A stretch of DNA of 64,000 bases. It comes from Candidatus Omnitrophota bacterium. Its GTDB lineage: Bacteria > Omnitrophota > Gorgyraeia > Zapsychrales > Zapsychraceae. The stretch covers positions 8,868 to 72,867 of the forward strand of contig JANQMA010000003.1 in assembly GCA_028280285.1 (NCBI GenBank). Direction: 5' to 3'. The position numbers and the translations under genes are program-made. Below, piece after piece: positions 56,912 to 64,000 of this stretch; within the stretch, counting starts at the first letter, position 1; each line of letters begins with the position of its first letter. The notes under the pieces were generated by a model. The model did no database searches. It had not been told where the DNA came from and was given only the letters and a program-made list of their open reading frames with translations.

Positions 56912-59392
56912 ATGAGTTACACAATCGATAAAATCAAAGAAATAGAGTCCAAATGGCAGAAAAACTGGGCTGAGGACGCTGTCTTTAAGGCTGTTAAAGA
57001 CGCTTCCAAACCAAAATACTACTGTCTGGAGATGTATCCCTATCCTTCCGGCAAGCTCCACATGGGCCATGTCCGCAATTATACCATTGGTGATGTGTTG
57101 GCCCGTTTCAGGCGCCAGCAAGGCTACAATGTTCTCTATCCGATGGGATTCGACTCTTTCGGGCTTCCGGCCGAAAATGCGGCCATCAAAAATCAAAGCG
57201 ATCCGCAAGACTGGACCGAGGAGCGCATGACCGATATGGTGGCCCAGATGAAAACCATGGGACTCAGCTACGATTGGGACCGGTTTCTCTTCAGCCACAG
57301 CGATGATTATTATAAATGGAATCAATGGCTGTTTATTCAGATGTTTAAAAAGGGTTTGGCGTATAAAAAGAAATCGGTTGTCAATTGGGACCCGGTTGAT
57401 CAGACAGTGTTGGCCAATGAACAGGTGATTGACGGTAAAGGGTGGCGCAGCGGGGCCGAGGTTGAGAAAAAAGAGATTTCGCAGTGGTTTATTAAAATTA
57501 CCGATTACTCCGAAGAGCTTTTGCGTGATTTAGAAAAATTAAACAATTGGCCTGAGCGGGTCAAGACAATGCAGCGTAATTGGATTGGCAAATCGCAAGG
57601 CTCGGTGATCCGTTTTGATGTGGTTGATGCTGATAGTGAAAAAATCGATGAGCTTGAAACGTTTACGACAAGACCCGATACGGTATTCGGGATTGAATAT
57701 GTTGTCTTGGCGGCCGAACATCCCAAATGCAAAGAATGGACCGCCGGCAAGTCGAATGAGCAGGAAGTAAATACTTTTATCCATGACGTCACTAAACAGT
57801 CAACTATTGAACGCGTCGGGGATGCCCAGGAGAAAAAGGGTGTTGACTTAGGTGTCTTTGCGGTTAATCCGGTTAATGGCCGCCGGGTACCAATCTGGAT
57901 TGCCGATTATGTGCTCATGGATTACGGGACAGGCGCTGTTATGGCGGTGCCGGCACACGATACGCGCGATTTTAAATTTGCGAAAAAATATGATCTTCCT
58001 ATTTCACTTGTGATCGCTCCGTCGGATCAACCTGATTTAAACGTCGAGGACATGACCGAGGCGTTTGTTGAGGTCGGCACTATGGTTAACTCTGAACAGT
58101 TTAACGGACTGTCAAGCGATCAGGCCAAGGCCGACATTGCCGATTGGATGGCAAGCAAAGGCTATTCCCATAAAGCCACAACGTTTCGTTTAAAAGATTG
58201 GCTCATTTCCCGTCAACGTTATTGGGGAACACCGATACCGATTTATTATGATGATGCGGGTCATCCTCAACCCATCCCTGAAGAAGATCTTCCGGTTAAA
58301 CTGCCTAAAGATGTTGTGTTTGGCCAAGGTAATCCGCTTGAGACGTCGGAATCATTTCAGTATTATGTGGCGAAAGATGGTAAGAGGTATCGCCGGGAAA
58401 CAGACACGATGGATACCTTCTTCGACAGTAGTTGGTATTTTATCCGTTATGCCGATTTAAATAGCGACAAGATTATCGACCGTGATACGGCGAATTATTG
58501 GATGCCGGTCGATCAATATATCGGCGGGATTGAGCATGCGATTTTGCATTTGCTTTATTCGCGTTTTTTTACCAAGGTGTTTCGCGATCTTGATTTGATC
58601 GATGTGGATGAGCCGTTTAATCGATTATTAACGCAGGGCATGGTCCTTCTTCACGGTGAGGTTATGTCGAAATCTAAGGGCAATGTCGTCGATCCGGATG
58701 ACATGATCGGTAAATACGGGGCTGATGCCGTGCGTTTGTTTATTTTGTTTGCCGCACCTCCTGAAGATCAATTGGAATGGAATGATCGTGCCGTTGAAGG
58801 TGCCTGGCGGTTTTTAAATAGGATTTATTTGTTTGCTGATCTTTTTAACAAAGAGGTGGATGATGATATTGATGAGGCACAAATGGATGGCGCTGATCGC
58901 GACATGGAACGCTTGCGCCATGAAACAATTAAAAAAGTAACGGAAGATTTTGAGCATTATAAATTTAATACGGCGATCAGCAGTCTTATGATTTTGATGA
59001 ATGAGGTTGATAAGTATAAAAAGAATGTTGGTGACAGTGAAACAAAGAAAAAAATTATCAACCGTTTAATCCGCACGGTGAATAAACTCCTTGCGCCGAT
59101 TGCGCCGCATTTAAGTGAAGAGATTTATCAACTTATTGATGGGACGGAAAAAAGTATTGTCACCTCCGGTTGGCCGGCGTATGATGAAAAAGCGTTAATT
59201 CAAGAAACGATCCAAATTGTAGCTCAGGTTAATGGCAAGTTAAGAGGCAAATTTCAGATTCCGGCCGACAGTAGTGAGGAGCAGGTTAAGGATTTGGTTT
59301 TGGCCGATGAAGGTATCAAGAAGTACACGCAGGATAAACCGATTCGCAAATTTGTCTATGTTAAAGGTAAGATTGCGAATGTAGTCGTCTAA
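56912..59392 (+). CDS. leuS: Leucine--tRNA ligase
   Basis: [32 protein letters not shown]. Confidence 0.98.
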   Translation: MSYTIDKIKEIESKWQKNWAEDAVFKAVKDASKPKYYCLEMYPYPSGKLHMGHVRNYTIGDVLARFRRQQGYNVLYPMGFDSFGLPAENAAIKNQSDPQDWTEERMTDMVAQMKTMGLSYDWDRFLFSHSDDYYKWNQWLFIQMFKKGLAYKKKSVVNWDPVDQTVLANEQVIDGKGWRSGAEVEKKEISQWFIKITDYSEELLRDLEKLNNWPERVKTMQRNWIGKSQGSVIRFDVVDADSEKIDELETFTTRPDTVFGIEYVVLAAEHPKCKEWTAGKSNEQEVNTFIHDVTKQSTIERVGDAQEKKGVDLGVFAVNPVNGRRVPIWIADYVLMDYGTGAVMAVPAHDTRDFKFAKKYDLPISLVIAPSDQPDLNVEDMTEAFVEVGTMVNSEQFNGLSSDQAKADIADWMASKGYSHKATTFRLKDWLISRQRYWGTPIPIYYDDAGHPQPIPEEDLPVKLPKDVVFGQGNPLETSESFQYYVAKDGKRYRRETDTMDTFFDSSWYFIRYADLNSDKIIDRDTANYWMPVDQYIGGIEHAILHLLYSRFFTKVFRDLDLIDVDEPFNRLLTQGMVLLHGEVMSKSKGNVVDPDDMIGKYGADAVRLFILFAAPPEDQLEWNDRAVEGAWRFLNRIYLFADLFNKEVDDDIDEAQMDGADRDMERLRHETIKKVTEDFEHYKFNTAISSLMILMNEVDKYKKNVGDSETKKKIINRLIRTVNKLLAPIAPHLSEEIYQLIDGTEKSIVTSGWPAYDEKALIQETIQIVAQVNGKLRGKFQIPADSSEEQVKDLVLADEGIKKYTQDKPIRKFVYVKGKIANVVV

Positions 59393-59424
59393 CCGTAACA
59401 AGCACCGGGTGCTTGTTACGGTTA
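59390..59424. repeat. Perfect 35-bp palindrome at leuS stop
   Basis: TAACCGTAACAAGCACC-G-GGTGCTTGTTACGGTTA, no T-tract. Confidence 0.85.
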
Positions 59425-59463
59425 CCCCCAAGCAAAGCTCGATTTCCCCACCAAGTGATTACT

Positions 59464-59805
59464 ATGCATTATTTAACCAAGCAGGAAAAGCTGTGTCTGA
59501 CGGTATTTTTTATCATCGCCTTTGCGGGACTATTCTTACAAATTTCATTTAAGAAATATCCACAGCTCAAGAACATTGTTAACATTATCGATGATGAGGC
59601 ATTTTACCCCAAGCTCGACGTTAACCGGGCCGGTGTTGAAGAACTTAAGGAACTGCCCGGCATCGGTGCATTTACGGCACAGACCATTATTGACTACCGT
59701 AAGCAGAAAGGTGCCATCACATCTTTAAAAGAAATCGAAAATCTTCCCGGAGTATACCCTAAAAATTTTAAACGGTTTCGACCGTATCTTAAGGTGAGCC
59801 CATGA
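59464..59805 (+). CDS. comEA: ComEA family HhH DNA-binding protein
   Basis: VNRA..EEL..LPGIG...A..II.YR...G. Confidence 0.85.
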   Translation: MHYLTKQEKLCLTVFFIIAFAGLFLQISFKKYPQLKNIVNIIDDEAFYPKLDVNRAGVEELKELPGIGAFTAQTIIDYRKQKGAITSLKEIENLPGVYPKNFKRFRPYLKVSP

Positions 59806-61334
59806 AACAAAAACCGTTTCATTCATCGATTATTGTGTTTGTGTGCCTGGGTTATGTCGGCGGGATTGTTGTCAGTTATTTTATATCTATTGCGTTTAGT
59901 GTTCTTTTTTGCCTTGTATGTTTTTTATTTGGTGTATTGTTTTTTATCCGCCGAAAAAGAATCATCTATACAGTTTTTATTATCCTGGCATTTGTTTTCG
60001 GTTGCGTTTATACGCAAAGTGTTCAATTAAAAGCCCCGAACGACATTAATAATTTTTATGCTTTAACCAAAGGCAAAGAGATTATCCTGCGGGGAATAAT
60101 CGATAGTGATGTGACCTACAAAAAAGTTTTTCATACTGGGCGTTATAGCTTTACGCTTAAGTGTGCAAACATATTTTTGCACAATCAGTGGCAAAACACG
60201 ACGGGTAAAGTTCTTGTGCAGATGTATCACGATGCAGATCTTCAGTATGGCGATTATGTGGATTTAACTGGAAAGACCCATCGACCGTTTGAGTACAGTG
60301 ATAATGAGCACTCGTCCTATGTTGATTATCTTAAGCGTCGAGGCATTCATTTAATATTGAGTATGAAAAAAGAAGGAAAGGTTTTGCGTCACAGTGACGT
60401 CCGGTTAACCGATATTAAAACGATTATATATCCCTGGCGACGGAAGTTTATCGATGTGTTCAATACGTATTTAACACCGAATGAGGCAGGCATCATGCGC
60501 GCGGTTATTTTGGGTGACCGTACGCAACTGCCGCGTCATGTTAAGGAGCTCTTCAGTCGTACGGGCACATCTCATGTGCTCGCGATGAGCGGTCTTCACG
60601 TGGGGGCCGTCGCCGGTATTTTTATGCTTGTGATCCGCAGTTTATCTTTAGGGTACCGTCTTAAAAATATTTTACTTATTGTTATGCTTATTCTTTTTGT
60701 CTTTCTCACCGGAATGCGTCCGTCTATCATAAGGGCCCTTATTATGACATCACTTATGCTTGGGGGATATATTTTTGAGAAAGAATCGAATCATTATAAC
60801 AATGTCTTTTTGGCTGCCTTTATTATTTTGTTGATTAATCCGCTTTATCTTTTTGATATCGGTTTTCAATTATCTTTTGCCTGTATTTTTTCAATCCTGT
60901 TTTTAATGTCTATCATAAATCGCGAGGCATCGATGGGAGAGTTAGGCGGCCTGGGAAAGCTGCGGCATTATTTTTTTGATTCGCTGTCTGTTTCAACGGT
61001 CATATGGATTGGGGTAACGGGCTTAACTGTCTTGTATTTTAATATAGTGACGCCCGTCAGTATTATCGTTAATCTATGGGCTATTCCGCTGATCGGTATT
61101 GTGGTGGTTTTGGGATTGGGGATGCTTTTGGCCAGTATTATTTTTCCTGTTATGATCGGTTGTTTTGCCGCCTGCCTTAAGGTTGTGCTGAATTTCTTTG
61201 TGGCGACACTGTTTTTAGCGGAAAAAGTACCGTTGGGATATTTCTATGTTAAATACGTAAATATTTGGTATATAATAATTTACTACATTGTCATCTTTGT
61301 CCTGGGGTTTTTCTTTGTGAGGAGGAATAAATAG
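59802..61334 (+). CDS. comEC: ComEC/Rec2 competence protein
   Basis: G.SHVLAMSGLHV, PS..RA..M, GFQLSF. Confidence 0.92.
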   Translation: MKQKPFHSSIIVFVCLGYVGGIVVSYFISIAFSVLFCLVCFLFGVLFFIRRKRIIYTVFIILAFVFGCVYTQSVQLKAPNDINNFYALTKGKEIILRGIIDSDVTYKKVFHTGRYSFTLKCANIFLHNQWQNTTGKVLVQMYHDADLQYGDYVDLTGKTHRPFEYSDNEHSSYVDYLKRRGIHLILSMKKEGKVLRHSDVRLTDIKTIIYPWRRKFIDVFNTYLTPNEAGIMRAVILGDRTQLPRHVKELFSRTGTSHVLAMSGLHVGAVAGIFMLVIRSLSLGYRLKNILLIVMLILFVFLTGMRPSIIRALIMTSLMLGGYIFEKESNHYNNVFLAAFIILLINPLYLFDIGFQLSFACIFSILFLMSIINREASMGELGGLGKLRHYFFDSLSVSTVIWIGVTGLTVLYFNIVTPVSIIVNLWAIPLIGIVVVLGLGMLLASIIFPVMIGCFAACLKVVLNFFVATLFLAEKVPLGYFYVKYVNIWYIIIYYIVIFVLGFFFVRRNK

Positions 61335-61381
61335 TGCCAGGTACTATTTTTTTAAAAATAGTACCTGGCACTATTTATTCC
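61324..61381. repeat. Inverted doublet of the 21-bp REP-like unit (empty form)
   Basis: GGAATAAATAGTGCCAGGTACTATTTTT-TT-AAAAATAGTACCTGGCACTATTTATTCC. Confidence 0.9.
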
Positions 61382-61386
61382 ATGCG

Positions 61387-61415
61387 TTGACAAAGGACTG
61401 AGCCTGTAGTAGAGT
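61387..61415 (+). promoter_or_regulatory. Promoter of bamD
   Basis: TTGACA-17 bp-TAGAGT, 7 nt before ATG. Confidence 0.55.
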
Positions 61416-61422
61416 AGGCGGT

Positions 61423-62382
61423 ATGATGCAGCTAGTTATTAGAATATTAATAGTATTACTTATCGTTATATTTCACACCGCTCAATCACATGCTGTTTGG
61501 GTCTGGACACCCGAAACCAATAAGTGGATTAATCCAAAATATTCCGTAAAAGACACGCCTGGCGAACAGCTTGAGTATGCGCTTGAGTTTTTTGGTGCAG
61601 AAGATTATGAAACGGGTATTAAGGAACTTAAGAAACTGATCAAGCACTATCCAAAGGCCCGCGAAGCACCTGATGCGCAATATAAAATCGGCGAGGCTCA
61701 TTATAAACTAGGTCAACCTTTCACCGCTTTTAAGGAATACCAAAAAGTGATCGACATGTATCCTTTCAGCGACCTTTCGGTTAAGATTGTTGAACAACAA
61801 TTTCAAATCGGCATGGAGGCACTGGAAGGGATTGATGAAGAAAAAGGGTTTTTTAAAACCTTTACGGGGGAAATTGTTAATGTGGCCGATGTGTTTCGCC
61901 AGGTTATTAAAAATGCTCCCTACAGTAATATTGCGCCTGAAGCACAGTATCGTATTGGTCTTTATCTTATGGAAAAGATGGAGTATCAAACATCACGTAA
62001 TGAGTTTGAAAAGACCATGAACGATTATCCCGAAACAGAGTGGGCGAAGTTGGCTAAATATCAAATTGCGGTTGTCGATGCCAAACGCTCGACGGGGGCC
62101 GCGTATGATCAAAAGGTAACCGAGGCAGCTATCAGCGAATTTAAAGAGATTCTCGAAGAGAATCCCGATGCCGATCTTTCTGAGGACGCCAAACGCCAGA
62201 TCGCCAAGTTAAGAGAAAAAGAAGCAGAAAACAATTATATGATTGCGAATTTTTACGAAAAACAAAAAAACTTCAAGTCAGCTAAGATTTACTATCAAAT
62301 TATTGTTGACGAGTATCAAGAAACAAAGTTTGCCCAAAAGGCATTAACCAAAATCCAAGATCTGGCGATAAAGGAAAAATGA
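61423..62382 (+). CDS. bamD: BamD-like TPR protein
   Basis: TPR repeats with YP.S/YP.T motifs, A.FYEK...KSAKIYY; upstream of lptE. Confidence 0.8.
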   Translation: MMQLVIRILIVLLIVIFHTAQSHAVWVWTPETNKWINPKYSVKDTPGEQLEYALEFFGAEDYETGIKELKKLIKHYPKAREAPDAQYKIGEAHYKLGQPFTAFKEYQKVIDMYPFSDLSVKIVEQQFQIGMEALEGIDEEKGFFKTFTGEIVNVADVFRQVIKNAPYSNIAPEAQYRIGLYLMEKMEYQTSRNEFEKTMNDYPETEWAKLAKYQIAVVDAKRSTGAAYDQKVTEAAISEFKEILEENPDADLSEDAKRQIAKLREKEAENNYMIANFYEKQKNFKSAKIYYQIIVDEYQETKFAQKALTKIQDLAIKEK

Positions 62383-62909
62383 AAAAATTCTGTTTAACAA
62401 TGGTTATCATTTTAAGCACCGTTGTAGGCGGTTGTGGCTATACGACCAGTTCGGCTCTTCCGGGACACCTTAAAACAATACATGTCGAAAAGTTCGATAA
62501 TCAAATAAGTTATACATCAAATGTTGGACGTCGTAACCTTTATTTTCCTCTATTGGAAGTTGACGTGCATAATGCGGTTATTGACCGATACCTTTTTGAC
62601 GGTAATCTGCGTATTGCCGATAAAGATTTAGCTGATTTGATTTTAAAAGGTACGCTTAAGAGCTACCGCCGCGATGCGCTAAGAGTTGATGATAATGATG
62701 ATGTCGAAGAATATCGCGTTTACGTAACGGTCAGCCTTGAGCTTTGGGATATGAAATATAATGAACTTATGTGGAGCGTATCAAGCCTTTCGGGCGAGGC
62801 CACTTATTTTTTAACCGGTCCTGAAGCCAGCTCTGAAGAATCAGCCGTTTCCGAAGCGATCACAGACCTTGCCCGCCGTATCGTCGAGAGGACGATTGAA
62901 AACTGGTAA
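62379..62909 (+). CDS. lptE: LptE family lipoprotein
   Basis: Lipobox GGCGY, ADL.L.G.L, LARRIVE; leuS-lptE-holA synteny. Confidence 0.85.
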   Translation: MKKFCLTMVIILSTVVGGCGYTTSSALPGHLKTIHVEKFDNQISYTSNVGRRNLYFPLLEVDVHNAVIDRYLFDGNLRIADKDLADLILKGTLKSYRRDALRVDDNDDVEEYRVYVTVSLELWDMKYNELMWSVSSLSGEATYFLTGPEASSEESAVSEAITDLARRIVERTIENW

Positions 62910-62982
62910 GAATTAAGGGGACACAATACTTAATTCGATTACCAAATAATTAAATTAATTAAGTATTGTGTCCCCTTAATTC
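62910..62982. repeat. REP-like long palindrome (GGGGACAC family), copy 2
   Basis: GAATTAAGGGGACACAATACTTAATT...AATTAAGTATTGTGTCCCCTTAATTC. Confidence 0.9.
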
Positions 62983-62983
62983 T

Positions 62984-63637
62984 ATGACTTTTCTTATTAT
63001 AGGCCAAGACACTCAAGCCAAAGACGACAAAATAAGCGCGCTTAAAAAAAAATACCTTCCCAAAAGAGAATCGCACGAATTTGATTTTGAAGTTCTTCAC
63101 GCCCACAAACTTGACTCTGATCAACTCAAACAAAGTTTGATCGCCTTGCCGGCCATAGCGGGGCACCGTCTGGTGGTGATCCGTACGGCCGATAAATTAA
63201 GTGCGCATAATAAAGAGTTAGTGTTAGAGCAAGTCGGCCAAAAAGATACGCAGACAGTCCTTGTCCTGGAAGCGGATCAAATGGATGGCAAAACGTCCTT
63301 TTATAAAAAGCTCAGTAAGGCCGCCGAGGTGACGCGGGTCCACTCTGAGGCGAAAGGCAATGTTTTTGATATTACGAATGCGATGGAGAGGCGTGATACC
63401 ACAGGCGCGCTTAAGATGTTAACGCAGGCGATCGACGATGGACAGCATCCTTTGCAGATTATGGGTGTATTGGTTTGGTTTTGGGGGAAGATGAAACCGC
63501 GCGTCAAAGATGAGGCATTTAAAAAAGGCCTCTTGGAACTCCAAGAGGCCGATTTAAATATTAAACGCAGCCGGATCAGATCCGACTATGCGGTCGAAAT
63601 TGCGGTGACTAAGCTATGCTCGCTAATTTCTTACTAA
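62984..63637 (+). CDS. holA: DNA polymerase III delta subunit (short form)
   Basis: FLIIGQD, LP....RLVVIR.AD, NVFDI..A, L.EADL.IK.S; between lptE and rpsT. Confidence 0.75.
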   Translation: MTFLIIGQDTQAKDDKISALKKKYLPKRESHEFDFEVLHAHKLDSDQLKQSLIALPAIAGHRLVVIRTADKLSAHNKELVLEQVGQKDTQTVLVLEADQMDGKTSFYKKLSKAAEVTRVHSEAKGNVFDITNAMERRDTTGALKMLTQAIDDGQHPLQIMGVLVWFWGKMKPRVKDEAFKKGLLELQEADLNIKRSRIRSDYAVEIAVTKLCSLISY

Positions 63638-63872
63638 GAGTAGATTTGCGGCGGGCTACTGTATTTTTCTTAAGCAAGTTTGTTTTAACGGCTTTATCAA
63701 GCTTTTTGAAAATCACACTGAGTTGAGACTTTGCGTCGGTTGCGTTTTTACCTTCAACAGAGGCCAAAAATGCTTTGGTTTGCTTCTTGATTTCCGTCTT
63801 TTGGTCAAGATTGCGCATTCTGTTCGTATGACTTTTTCTTAGCTCTTTAATTCCAGATCTTCTCGATGGCAT
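63609..63872 (-). CDS. rpsT: 30S ribosomal protein S20
   Basis: SGIKELRKS..NRMRN, LDKAVK...KKN..ARRKS; AGGAG SD. Confidence 0.95.
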   Translation of the reverse strand: MPSRRSGIKELRKSHTNRMRNLDQKTEIKKQTKAFLASVEGKNATDAKSQLSVIFKKLDKAVKTNLLKKNTVARRKSTLSKKLASIA

Positions 63873-63920
63873 ATTAATTTCTCCTAAATATATCCGGCCC
63901 AAGGGCCTCATTGATCAGAG

Positions 63921-63949
63921 AGTATAGCGAAAAGCCTAACATATGTCAA
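63921..63949 (-). promoter_or_regulatory. Promoter of rpsT
   Basis: TTGACA-17 bp-TATACT on minus strand. Confidence 0.7.
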
Positions 63950-64000
63950 TATATAATTCAAGCCACCAGGATTCGCCGGATGTTCCGCGCGATACCCATA

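Noticed and set aside
56894-57325. Antisense and alternate-frame ORFs over leuS, purH, mnmG, thiG and others
   Set aside because: Shadow ORFs of conserved genes with no motifs of their own.
63950-64000. Sequence at the right edge
   Set aside because: Too short to assign.

Overview
Bacterial chromosomal segment, probably Candidatus Omnitrophota/PVC. That is an inference from the modular secreted protein at 271-3174 and the general gene content, not a database result. Housekeeping genes dominate: tRNA-Val, tRNA-Asp, pabB, era, nnrE, nth, rpsU, purH, folC, mnmE, mnmG, cysK, thiS-G-H-F, leuS, comEA/EC, bamD, lptE, holA, rpsT. There is also a sugar ABC/glycoside-hydrolase-like locus, an accessory block after tRNA-Asp and three toxin-antitoxin pairs. 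The most striking signal is non-coding: about 30 miniature inverted-repeat elements. About 20 are hairpins built from tandem 7-mer (one 8-mer) units in about 9 sequence families with one shared architecture; most start at a stop codon, one lies in-frame in a gene and one is nested in another. A second group is REP-like palindromes, one family occurring both as an empty doublet and bracketing an MNT-HEPN module. A third group is short GC-rich hairpins that interrupt a tRNA 5' fragment and frameshift an ORF6N gene. No transposase or integrase is visible. Coordinates were read by eye, so repeat ends may be off by a few bases.
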